DNA from: Thraustochytrium aureum | Lineage: Eukaryota | Length of the DNA: 49,322 bases | Direction of reading: 5' to 3' | Assembly (NCBI GenBank): GCA_012862495.1 | Contig: BLSG01000123.1 | Location: forward strand, 6,706 to 56,027 | Part shown: piece after piece, positions 12,369 through 23,373 of the stretch | Numbering within the stretch: the stretch's first letter is position 1 | Layout: the number at the start of each line of letters is the position of its first letter | Position numbers and translations under genes: made by a program | The notes under the pieces: generated by a model | The model's database searches: none | Told to the model about the DNA's origin: nothing | Seen by the model: the letters and a program-made list of their open reading frames with translations, nothing else

Positions 12369-15300
12369 TCAAAGGTTTTCAATGGCCTCCTCATCGACGC
12401 CAGTGAGCGCAGCCGCCCCATGAACACTACCGCCAGAGTCTTGCGCCCCGCCCTTCCGCCTCGAGCTGGTGGCATCCGCAAGAGAGATTTTGAACGACAT
12501 CTGTTGGTTGCCCGTGCCAAGCGTGGACCTCCGCGGCCTATTCGCCCTCGAGCCGTGCCGGGACTTGCCCGTCTCAAACACGGGGAGTTCGCTCGCCGGC
12601 GCGTCCGGTTTGTCATGACTCGCTCTCCCCCGAGCGCCAGCACCGGCCGCGCTTGAGGAGGCCGGAGTCCATTGCCCGGCACGAAGACTCGAAGAGTGGC
12701 CAGCGTCAAGTCCGGTTGGGGGCGGGCCAAGCCAGCCGCTCTGATCCGCCTCGTCACGTGGGCGCGCTTGAGCGGTTGGGGAAATAGCGCGCATGGACGA
12801 GCCATAGCGAGTCAGGTTGAAAACAGCTCTGTTGTTTGCAGCGTCGACGTGCGTGAACTGGCTGACAGCGCCAACATTCCGGATGATGCCGAGGTCTAGA
12901 AGCTCCTGGATCGTGTTCTTGTGGTTTTGCAGCAGAAAGTCCTCGTACAGGGTCTCCTCCAAGCTGCGCTTCTTGAAGAGGAGGTACTTTTTGTTGGGGA
13001 TGCCGAGGATGCGCGCCGCCTTGGAGTCGTCGATGTATTCGGACACTGTGTCCTCCTTGACGTTCCGGAACACGAGAAAGGCGTCGAGAAAGATGGCGAG
13101 CACGATGCTGAGGATGTACAGGTTCACAATGAGGTTGAAGGAGCAAAAGTACCCGACGGAGATGATCCACCAGAGCGTGCTGACGCCAACGCTCACAGAG
13201 CTGACATACAGCAGCGAGTTCCACTGCTCGCCTAGTACGAGTTGCAGCACGGTCACCAGCGAATGCGCAAAGTCGTCAAAGTCAGACAACACGCCGCCAG
13301 GATGCGTCGTGTACTTGTTTTTGGAAAAGTTGTCCATGCCAAAGATGACATATCCGTACACGATGCAGAACACGACCATAAGGATCGTGCCGAGGATGCG
13401 CTTGAGCTTGCCAAAGACGAAAAACACCCCGCGCAGCGTGGGTATCATCCGCAGCATTCGGTAGATGTGAAAAATCAGGCAGATCTGAAGGACGTTGAAC
13501 ACCACCAGCGCCCCGGTGGCAAAGTAGCCAACCAGAAGCACCAGCTCGACGATCAGGAGCACCACGCGTGCCACAAAGCCCCATCCCGACTTTATTGACG
13601 AAGAGACGGCGCCGCACAGCGCAATAATCGCCGTCTCGAAGAGGATGTACGCTATATATACAGTGGCGGCGAACACGAGCACGGCGACAGGCACAACGCG
13701 GTAGAGCATGAGCGTGACAAGCATGGCAATCGTGAGGAGGTTGCCGAGGTGGCGGAACCACCACGAGTGCTTGATTTGCTGAAAGGGCTTGCGCTCGAGG
13801 GTGAACGAGCAGACGTACACGTACGGCGAAACGGTGTGCTCCGCCTTGACCTTGATCTTGAGCTTGATGCTGTCCACGATCTGGAAAAACTCGAGCAAAT
13901 CGATCGTGCCGTTGCCATCCTCATCCAGGAGGCGCATAATAACGCGCGCGTCCTCCTTGGACGAAAACGACCTGAGCAGCGTGTTGACCGTTTCGGTCTC
14001 CAGGTAAAAGTTGTCGTGCTCGTCGAGTATCTCGAACGCGGCCACGAGAGCCTTGCGCTCGGCGATCTTGCAGGCCATGAGGCGCTCCCGTTGCCGCTTT
14101 TGCAGCGGCTCGTACACCAGCGGAACGGCTATGCTCTGCAAGAACAAGATGGTAACGATCACAAAGCTGACCCAGAACACAAAGCTCAACACTTCGTTCG
14201 TCTCGAACGAAGGCCAGAGGTAATCCGGAAACCCCTCCAGAGTCGTGAGCACATACAGGTTGAGCCCCAGCCTTGGGAAATTGTTCACGCTGTAGATGAG
14301 CTCTGGTGTCCCTGTGGCGTTGCCGTAAAACTCGTACAGAACAGCGTTGTACGAGACGGGGTCAAAGATGACGACGCCAACCAGGCCGTAGATGGTGATC
14401 ACGAAGCAGTAGGTCGCAATCACGCCCAAAAAGTCGCGGAAAGTGACGACAAAGTCGCCGAACACATTGCGGACGCTCTTGCTCACAAAGATGACCGTCA
14501 TCGACCGTAAATAGCGGTCCAGTCGGAACGAAGTGGGCCTCGCAACAGCCACGATGACGTTGACCAAGTTGACCGTGCAGACAAGGAGCCGGAGATGGAA
14601 GATCTGGCTGCGGGTCGAACGGCGGCGCCTGATCGAGGCCCAGGACAAGGTCACGATGTCCAGGTCGCGGCACCCGTACGTGTATAGCGCGACCATGGCG
14701 TCGCCGAAAAAGGTCAGCGTGAACACGAGGTCCAGACCTAGCGCCACGGGATAGTTGGGGAACTGGGCCACGTAGTCGGTGGTCATGTGGACGGTTGAGA
14801 CGGGCTCTAACATGGGCAACACCAGCATCTGCACGGCGAGGAGGACATACAACCCTAGCTTCCACGGCGTGGAGTGCTTGAGCCGGTAGAGCTTGAGTGG
14901 GTAGCCCCGCACTCTGTGCAGCTTGGGCTCGCGGTTGGCGAGGGCATCCATGAGCCACAGTTTGGCCAGCTCAAAGCGGCGTGCCGTTGTCAGCTCTCCG
15001 AGGCTGTTGAACTTTGAGCGGCGCATCGAGATAGACTCTGAGATCGAGGAGATCCGGTCGCGCACTTTGTAGGCAATCGTGTTGGAAGAGGCCCGAGTAC
15101 GCCGGTTCACCGCCCTGGTGCATCCGGTCGCGACAAAGTGAGGATTTGTCGATTTGCTCTGCTGCCAGAAACGCTCCGAAGCGCCAGGGCCTTGCGCCTT
15201 GGCACCCCCCGTCCCGCCACTCCCCGTCCCGCCACTTCCACCGCAAAACACAGACCCGTTGCTCGGTCGAAGGACGAACCCGCCGTCGCCTCCGCTGCTG

Positions 15301-15470
15301 CTGAATGGCTCGTTCGTCGAAAAGCGCGTTAGTAAGGTCAGCATAGGGCGCGGATTGGCTTGCGGAGATGCAGGGGAGTCTGCTCCGCCTTTCAACTCGA
15401 AAGCCGCGCGCTTCGCGGTTCTAGGACCACCATGGCCCAGCAGCTCGGGCCCCGACAAATTCGTCACAGG
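12369..15470 (-). CDS. Two-domain voltage-gated-like cation channel (two-pore channel family) with EF-hand linker; 5' end runs into gap
   Basis: Two 6TM repeats, S4-like RLDRYLR and YRMLRMIPTLR, pore loops TTLEGFPD and VLGEQWNS, EF-hand loops DEHDNFYLE and DEDGNGTIDLLEF, N-terminal TPC-like LMDALANR. First in-frame ATG is at 15344, but the frame is open to the gap edge. Confidence 0.88.
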   Translation of the reverse strand, partial: PVTNLSGPELLGHGGPRTAKRAAFELKGGADSPASPQANPRPMLTLLTRFSTNEPFSSSGGDGGFVLRPSNGSVFCGGSGGTGSGGTGGAKAQGPGASERFWQQSKSTNPHFVATGCTRAVNRRTRASSNTIAYKVRDRISSISESISMRRSKFNSLGELTTARRFELAKLWLMDALANREPKLHRVRGYPLKLYRLKHSTPWKLGLYVLLAVQMLVLPMLEPVSTVHMTTDYVAQFPNYPVALGLDLVFTLTFFGDAMVALYTYGCRDLDIVTLSWASIRRRRSTRSQIFHLRLLVCTVNLVNVIVAVARPTSFRLDRYLRSMTVIFVSKSVRNVFGDFVVTFRDFLGVIATYCFVITIYGLVGVVIFDPVSYNAVLYEFYGNATGTPELIYSVNNFPRLGLNLYVLTTLEGFPDYLWPSFETNEVLSFVFWVSFVIVTILFLQSIAVPLVYEPLQKRQRERLMACKIAERKALVAAFEILDEHDNFYLETETVNTLLRSFSSKEDARVIMRLLDEDGNGTIDLLEFFQIVDSIKLKIKVKAEHTVSPYVYVCSFTLERKPFQQIKHSWWFRHLGNLLTIAMLVTLMLYRVVPVAVLVFAATVYIAYILFETAIIALCGAVSSSIKSGWGFVARVVLLIVELVLLVGYFATGALVVFNVLQICLIFHIYRMLRMIPTLRGVFFVFGKLKRILGTILMVVFCIVYGYVIFGMDNFSKNKYTTHPGGVLSDFDDFAHSLVTVLQLVLGEQWNSLLYVSSVSVGVSTLWWIISVGYFCSFNLIVNLYILSIVLAIFLDAFLVFRNVKEDTVSEYIDDSKAARILGIPNKKYLLFKKRSLEETLYEDFLLQNHKNTIQELLDLGIIRNVGAVSQFTHVDAANNRAVFNLTRYGSSMRAISPTAQARPRDEADQSGWLGPPPTGLDAGHSSSLRAGQWTPASSSAAGAGARGRASHDKPDAPASELPVFETGKSRHGSRANRPRRSTLGTGNQQMSFKISLADATSSRRKGGAQDSGGSVHGAAALTGVDEEAIENL

Positions 15471-15708
15471 NNNNNNNNNNNNNNNNNNNNNNNNNNNNNN
15501 NNNNNNNNNNNNNNNNNNNNNNNNNNNNNNNNNNNNNNNNNNNNNNNNNNNNNNNNNNNNNNNNNNNNNNNNNNNNNNNNNNNNNNNNNNNNNNNNNNNN
15601 NNNNNNNNNNNNNNNNNNNNNNNNNNNNNNNNNNNNNNNNNNNNNNNNNNNNNNNNNNNNNNNNNNNNNNNNNNNNNNNNNNNNNNNNNNNNNNNNNNNN
15701 NNNNNNNN

Positions 15709-17404
15709 GCCCAGGCAGCTCAGCACTTTCCTCCTCCTCCTCGTCGTCGTCTTCCTCTTCCTCCTCTTCTCCCTCCTCCTCCTCCTCTTCGTCGTCTGTT
15801 ACTTGGTCCTCGGCAGCTGGGCTTTGGTTCAGGACAAACTCATGGTACAACTCGACGTCGCAGTCGTCGATTTGCTCTGCGGCTGCCACGTCGCTCTCAC
15901 AGCCGTAGGTTTGGTCTGTGGCAGACGCCACGCTACTGAAACGGGGCGGTGTTGCGTCGGATATTGGGCGAACCGCGTTTGCAGTAGGCTTTTCGCTGAT
16001 CGCGAGGAGGGCCCTGGCGTCTTCAGAGGCAATGGCCTCGCTGATGGGACGAAATGGCGTGAACAAGTGGCGGCGATTTCCGACCGGATCACTCAGCCGC
16101 CGCGGCCGCATCGAGCTCGCGATGCGCTCCATCTCGATTTTCCGATCTCGCTCCGGTAAGTTGCTCGAGTTGAGCAGCGCATTGAGCAAATACTCGCCTT
16201 GCAGCTCGGACAGCTTGCTGGTGACGAGGACGCGCGTTCCTGGCGGCGCGGCTCCTAGCTGCGCGGCGTTGAACCCGCCTTTCGTTGGGCGCTCCGAAGA
16301 CTCGGCGAGCTGCGAAGCGCTCGCGACGCTTTGGAGCATCGGCGACGAGGGGTTGGCCCGAAGCGACCTTCGCGCATTCGAACCGACTTCCTGCGAGGTC
16401 ATCTTGGAGCTTTGGTGCGCGTTGCGCGCGTGGAAAATGACTCCTGGCCTGTAGTTGATGAGCGTCGCCACCAGCGGCGTCATGACGAAGCCAAGCGTGA
16501 ACAGCTTTGCGAAGAGGTCCATGAGGAGCGGGGACTCTGTGACCCCGTTCGGCCTTGGTGCGCTCGAGTAGAAGTCTAGGACGAGGTCGAGGTTGATGGC
16601 CATGAGGCCAATCAGGTCGAGGCTGAGAAAGAGGACGAGGCCCCAACCCATCGCCTGCACGTAGAGGAGGGTGATCTCGGCGCCGCGCGGCTGCTGGTAG
16701 TTGCGCGGCAGCGAGGAGAGCAAAGTCGATATGCGCACCTTGGTGGCGACAAGGAGCAAGATCTGCATCACCACTTCGAACGAGTACAAGAACTGCGGAA
16801 GCACCGTGCTCATCAAAACCGTCGAGGCGACGCCAAACTGCAGCACAAAGTAGAGCGGCATGCTCGTCACGGCGTACGCCGCACAGGCTTTAACCTCAAA
16901 GTGAGTCATGAGCGCGTCGGGCAGCAGGCTCCGCAGCGCGGCGTTGAAGCTGGCAATGAGCAGAAACATCGCGCTCGACCTAAAGGAGCACGCCAGGTTG
17001 AAAAACGTGTTGGCGACGGGGACCAAAACATCAACGTTGTTGGAGACCACATAGTCCTCCGCTGGGCGCGGGAGGATTCCTGCTGGGCAGAGCTCTGGTA
17101 TTTGGTGCGTGCAGTTGAACACGGACTCCTGGTCTGCCGGTGTTGTGCAACCGACCACACAGGTGTCCACAAAGCCCTCGCGGTACTTGAACGAGACCGA
17201 GAGGGCATCCGAGATGATGGCGAACCCGAGCGAGACCACGAAGAGGACTGACACGATCCCCTTGAAGTTGTACAGTCGGATGCGCTCCCATCGCAAGTCT
17301 TGGACCGCCGTGCCACCGCCAAAGCAGTAAAGCACAATAAAGCCGAGCACCACGAGGTTGCACAGCAACCTGTCCACGTAGCTAAACGGACTCAGATGCG
17401 TCAT
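15709..17404 (-). CDS. Uncharacterised 7-transmembrane protein with long low-complexity, acidic cytoplasmic tail; 3' end runs into gap
   Basis: Seven hydrophobic segments from LLCNLVVLGFIVLYCF to FTLGFVMTPLVATLINYRP, and a Cys-rich loop after TM2. No stop before gap 15471-15708. A likely 5'UTR intron (GTGAGT...CCCAG) lies at about 17428-17477. Confidence 0.75.
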
Positions 17405-18214
17405 CCGCGTCAAGCGCGGGGGCCCTCTGGGAGAGCCAGCCGCCGCACCGTGGCGAGTGCCGCGGGAGGGCACTCACCGACGAAAAAAGTCGCGAGCAGC
17501 GCGTTGCACACCCACCTCTCCACCGGGTACTCTCTCGCGCTCAAGCGGCGCCGGGGGCCAATCGCTCCCGCCCGCGCCTCTTGCCCTTCCGCCCGTTCGC
17601 AGCGCCGCACGAGGGTCTCCCGCGCCCGGCGCGCGCGCGCGTCTGGACAGAGGTCTGCCGTGGCCGTTTCAGACACCAAAAGCGAAGAAACTTTCAAGAA
17701 AGAGAAAATGAAATCATGTCGGAAATGGGTCAACCCTGAGGCCCGAGGTGGCCAGGCGCGTCTCGAATCCAACCTTCGTGCCGACCCCAGCCGCTTCACC
17801 GCATGTGGCGGTGGCCTTGCAGCACAGGGCGAGCGTCGCCGACGGNNNNNNNNNNNNNNNNNNNNNNNNNNNNNNNNNNNNNNNNNNNNNNNNNNNNNNN
17901 NNNNNNNNNNNNNNNNNNNNNNNNNNNNNNNNNNNNNNNNNNNNNNNNNNNNNNNNNNNNNNNNNNNNNNNNNNNNNNNNNNNNNNNNNNNNNNNNNNNN
18001 NNNNNNNNNNNNNNNNNNNNNNNNNNNNNNNNNNNNNNNNNNNNNNNNNNNNNNNNNNNNNNNNNNNNNNNNNNNNNNNNNNNNNNNNNNNNNNNNNNNN
18101 NNNNNNNNNNNNNNNNNNNNNNNNNNNNNNNNNNNNNNNNNNNNNNNNNNNNNNNNNNNNNNNNNNNNNNNNNNNNNNNNNNNNNGTACTGGGCAAGCCC
18201 GAAGGCTGTTGTTG

Positions 18215-19959
18215 TCACTGCAAGAGCTCGTCCTGGTACTTTAGCGTCTCCGGGTGCGACTCGCCGAGGACCTCCCGCATCACGTTGACCGCGCGCTCGC
18301 CGTACTCTTTCGCGTGGTGGGCATGCTCCTCCCCCTCGGAGCGCTTGTAGATGCGAGCAAGGTTGTAGAGCACCTTGGCGATCTCCACGTGGTGCTCGCC
18401 GCCGTGGTCCGGATGGTCGTGGTCGCACTCGAGCTCGTACACGCTCGCGAGGTTTTCGACGATTCTGTTGATGTCGTCGTCGCCCTGGTCTTCGCCCTGC
18501 TCCCAGATGGCGAGCGCCTCGAGCAGCGTGACCTTGGCCTGCTCCACCTTGTTCTGCTTGAGTTGCAGCGCGCCAACCGCGTTGAGGGCGCGGGCCACAT
18601 CGATGTGCTTGTCGCCCAGCTGCGCACGGCGCAGGAACACGAGGTGTTTGCGCTCAGACTCGGCACCTCGGAGGTCGCCCATCATCTCGAGCACGTTGGC
18701 GAGGTTGCCCACGATCACCGCGATGCGCGTGGAGTGGTCTTCGCTGTCGTCCTCGAGAATCGAGATGGCCTCCTGAAGAAGGGGCTTGGCCTCCTCGAAT
18801 TTGCCCTGCTTCTGCAGAAGCAGAGCAAGATTGTTCTTGGCAAATGCGGTCGACGGGTCGAGCTCGCCCTTGCCAGCCATGCGGAGCTCAATGACGTCTC
18901 TGAAGAGGCGCGCAGCGGTGTCGATGTCTCCGTTGCGAGAGTGAATGACGGCAACCCGGTTTAGGTCGCGCGCGGCCTGCTCGTAGAGGATGTCGTGCTT
19001 GGCTTTGATTTTGTCCGCCTCTGCCGCGAACTCGCGGACAAACCAAATCTCGAGCTGCGAGCGCACCTCGTGCAGCAAGTCGCCGTCAAGGCCCTTGACC
19101 AGCGCGGCCATGTCGTACACGCGGCTCGGGCTCTCTGGGACAAAGAGCTTGCGCAGGTGCTCCTCAAAGTAGGCGAGGCCGCCTTCGCGCAGTGACTGGA
19201 GGAACTCGCGGCGGGTTGGCGGGCGCATCGCCACGAGCGTCTCCAGGTTGGCTTTGCGTGCGCAGTACAGCTCGTACAGGCACCGTCCGTCGTGTAGCGC
19301 GGTGATCTCCTTGCGGTGGTCCGTGTTGGAGACGGCGCCCCAGCCGTCAAAGTAGACCACGTGGCCTGAGAACTTTGCCATGAGCTCTGGAAGTGCGGCT
19401 TGGAACGAAGCGCCCTGCTCGGCTGTCATCGCTGGGTTGGCGCTCACAAAGTCGAGCCACAGGTAGACTTGCTTTGGATCTTGGTCCTGGAACAGGTGCT
19501 TGAGCGCTCCGACAAAGCCGTGAAACCAGATGTCGTAAGGGACGGAGACGTAGTACCCGCCGTACTTTGTTGCGCACACGTGGCGCGAGTCGAGCGTGTA
19601 GGCCAGCGCAACGTTTCCGCCGCGAGTGTCTATCGCTGGCATGATAATGTGCTCTATCATGTCCTCGATGGACCAGTGCTCGCGGGGCTTGAAGGCTAGC
19701 TTGCTGGCCCTGATCGAAACGGACTTGGGCCGGCCCTTGAGGCGGGCCTTGGCAGCCGAGAAGCAGGACGCGGGCTTGACGACTTCAACCGTGGCGTGGC
19801 GCCGATCGCCACGTGCTCGTCCGTTGCGATTCGGACCTTGGCGGTGTACAGCGTAACGTCGCGGGCAAGGATGCCCTTCATCGTCGTCGCGTCCAGCTCT
19901 GACAGATAGTGCAGCGTCACCGGATACGGGCTCACGGTGTGGTCCTTGGTCTTGCCCAT
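18215..19959 (-). CDS. TPR-repeat (kinesin-light-chain-like) protein with central TIR/HET-like alpha/beta domain
   Basis: TPRs (AKNNLALLLQKQGKFEEAKPL, ARALNAVGAL, AKVLYNLARIY, VLGESHPET) and upstream motifs YYVSVPY, YLWLDFVSAN, RCLYELY. One frameshift at about 19800. Possible 5'UTR intron 19970-20135. Confidence 0.8.
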
Positions 19960-20677
19960 CGTGCTGCCCCTGGCGAGTCACGCCCGCCCAACCGGTAAGG
20001 CTCTGGCAGGGCAGTGCTGCAAGCGCGCTTTGTTTTTTGGTTTCGCGTTCGCACACCTTGGCTTGCAAACCGCTTCTCGAGCCAGCGCCGCCGCGACCGC
20101 TCCACTCCACTCCAGGCCGCTTTCGCTTCGCTTACCAGGCCGCGCGAGAGGCCCTTGGCCGCCAATCTCGCGCTCGGCCGACGGCTCTGCACCGCTTGGC
20201 CCGACTCGCGAGCTTGCTCGAGGCTCGACCGCGGACGGTGTCCTTGGCACCCGTGCGTGCGTGACGCCGGAGCCCCTTTCAGCAGCGCCAAGTCGCAGAC
20301 CCCAAGTGCACTCCGTCTCAACGCGCCCGCTGCGCACCGTCTCCTCTAGCTCCTGCTCGTGCCCTTCAGCGCCTGGAACGGGCGTGCTGGGTCCGCGCGT
20401 GAAAAGATGCTGTTTCGGGCTCTGCCTGCTCCAACCCCATCAGCAACTCGACGTTCCGAGCATCGAAAAACTTGCTCTGGACGCGGTATATCGGCAGAAT
20501 GCCTCGAGCCTCGGCTCAAACCTCGCCCAAAACGCAGCCTACGCCGTAGATCATGCGCCGCGGTGGCTGTGCCGGCCTCGCGGAGGGACTTGCCGTTCGC
20601 GGTGGGTGGGTTTTCTTCCTCCTTTCTTGCGTCGTAGGACACGTTGGGTGAGAACGGGTATCTCCGAGGCTTCAGCC

Positions 20678-22931
20678 ATGTCAGCCTCGCGAGTAAGTGG
20701 CCTCCTTGATTGATAGGAAGAGAAGAGCGCGCATGTCCACTGTGGCACGTTCAACCTCAACGCAAGTTATGATGAACGCAGGATCAGGAAAGNNNNNNNN
20801 NNNNNNNNNNNNNNNNNNNNNNNNNNNNNNNNNNNNNNNNNNNNNNNNNNNNNNNNNNNNNNNNNNNNNNNNNNNNNNNNNNNNNNNNNNNNNNNNNNNN
20901 NNNNNNNNNNNNNNNNNNNNNNNNNNNNNNNNNNNNNNNNNNNNNNNNNNNNNNNNNNNNNNNNNNNNNNNNNNNNNNNNNNNNNNNNNNNNNNNNNNNN
21001 NNNNNNNNNNNNNNNNNNNNNNNNNNNNNNNNNNNNNNNNNNNNNNNNNNNNNNNNNNNNNNNNNNNNNNNNNNNNNNNNNNNNNNNNNNNNNNNNNNNN
21101 NNNNNNNNNNNNNNNNNNNNNCGCTGCCGAGTTTGAGTACGACGTGGATGCGCTGTATGAGACGAATTACTTGAACATGCCCAAGCTGCCGCTGCCGGAA
21201 GTGAAGGATACGCTGCGGAGGTACCTCGAGACGGTCCGCCCGCTGGCGAGCGACGAGGAGATGGCGAGGATGCAGGCGCTGGCGGCCAAGTTTGAGCAGG
21301 AACACGCCCCGCAGCTGCAGGAGGCGCTCAAGGAGCTGTCCAATCAGCCCGCGTATCCGTACAGCTACATCGAGCAGTTCTGGGACGACATGTACCTGGG
21401 CGGCCGGTTCGAGATCATGGTCGGGTCCAACCCGTTCTACCTCTTCCCGAGCGAGACCAACCCGGCCTACCAGAGCCAGACCGCCCGCGCGGCCCGCATG
21501 ACCTCCGCCCTCGTTCGCTGGTGGCAAAAGGTCGTGAGCGGCGACATGGAGGCCGACATGGAGCGCGACAAGCCGCTCTGCATGTTCGGCTTCGGGCGCG
21601 TCTTTGGTGCGACGCGCTACCCAGGAGTGGGCCGCGACACGCTGGTGTTCAACAGCGCGCGGCGCCACATCATCGTGCTCTGCAACCACCAGGTCTTCAA
21701 GGTCGAAGTGGTCGACAAGAACGGCGTCGTGGCCAGCGGCGAGGAGCTCGAGCCCCTTCTGGCGGCAGTCAGGGACCTGGCCCTCTCGCGCGAGGGCGAC
21801 GTCCTGCAGGACGTGGGGATCCTCACTGGCCAAGAGCGCGACTACTGGGCCAAGCTCCATGCCAAGCTCCAGAGCGGCGGGCCCGTTACTGCGCACACGC
21901 TTGAGCAGATCACAGACTGCCTGTTCGCAGTGACGCTGGACCAGACCACGCCGCGGACGCCCGAGGAGGTGAGCGACTGCCTCCTGCACGGCGGCAACGG
22001 ATCCAATCGCTGGTTCGACAAGCACAACGTTATCGTCACCAAGGACGGGACCATGGGCATGAACTTTGACCACACCTTCGGGGACGGCCTCGTCTGGAAC
22101 CGCATGCTCAATGAGGTGTGGGCCGACATGCAGGGGCACCAAGTCGGGGTTCTGCCCCTGCCCAGCCCTCGCGGCGGGTTCTCGGGCTCGTTCGCCCCGC
22201 TCGAGTGGGAGCTCCCCGCCGAGGTGGCCGCAGAGATGCCCAAGGCGCTCGCGAACAACGAAAAGCTTGCTGGCGACGTCGACACGCGCGTGCTCGACTT
22301 TCAGGAGTTCGGGCGCAACCGCATGAAGGAGATGAAGGTGAGCCCGGACGCAGTCTGCCAGATGGCCTTCCAGCTGGCCTACCACAAAGTGCACAACGCG
22401 GCCCCGGCGGTGTACGAGTCGTGCGCGATGCGAAACTATTGGCACGGCCGCACAGAGACCATCCGCTCGTGCACCAGCGAGTCGACGGCCATGGTGAAGA
22501 CCTTCCTTTCCGCCAAGGCCTCGGACGAGGACAAGCGCCGCGCCTTGCACGAGGCTGGCCGCGTGCACGTCGAGGTGGCCAAAGGTGCCAAGGCCGCCAT
22601 CGGGCCTTATCAAGGCGTCGACCGCCACATGCACGCCATGAAGTGCATTGCGGCTCTGCGAGGGCTCAAGGTCCCCATTTTCGAGGACGAGCTTTACTCG
22701 CGCAGCTCGACGTGGGTGCTTTCGACCAGCAACGTTTCTGCGCCGTTCATCGACCGGTTCGGGTTTGGCGCAGTGTGCGGCCACGGGTACGGGCTTGGCT
22801 ACATGACGCAGCCAGACTCTGTGCCCATCAACATCACCTCGTACCACTCGGGCGCGCGCACGAGCAGCTCGCAGCTCTGCGATGCGATTGCCGAGAGCTT
22901 GCGTGAGTTTGACGCCCTCTTTAAGAGGTGA
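20678..22931 (+). CDS. Choline/carnitine O-acyltransferase family protein
   Basis: MPKLPLPEVKDTLRRYL, NRWFDK, catalytic His in FDHTFGDG, SPDAVCQMAFQLAY, YESCAMRNYWHGRTETIRS, DRHM, LSTS. Probable micro-exon ATG TCA GCC TCG CGA then a GTAAGT donor at 20693. Gap 20793-21121. Confidence 0.93.
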
Positions 22932-23373
22932 GCCCGCCGATAGTACCCGAGTACAACATTTCGCTCGAGACAACGATATGTTTTGGTTGCGCTCCTGTTC
23001 AGTTCGAGTACCTCAAAAGTCCAGTTCTCCCCCGCCGCCCTGTCTCCGCGCGGTCGACGAGCCCGCTCTGTTGCTAGGAAAATCGTTCAATCAACGAGCG
23101 AAGCTGGTTATGGTCATCTGCAAGGAGGCTACTCCTTTTGCGATCTTGTTCTGGTTCAACTTGTAGTCATCCGGCCACCATGCGGCCACCATTCGGTCCC
23201 CAACTCCGAGCCACCACCGAGCGACGGCGCGTCCGTCTTCACAAGCGCGCCGCGCGACGCTCAGTTCGTCTGCTTCCAATGCGCGCGCCACTCAGCCGAG
23301 ACTCTCGCTCAGCATCAGTGTTCAGTGCGCGCCCCAAGCGGCTGCTCCACCACCATCGATTCACTGCCAATAT

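Noticed and set aside
20784..22973. 729-aa antisense ORF, and similar shadow ORFs at 23830-25101, 32383-33879 and 47320-49047
   Set aside because: Antisense shadows of GC3-rich real genes.
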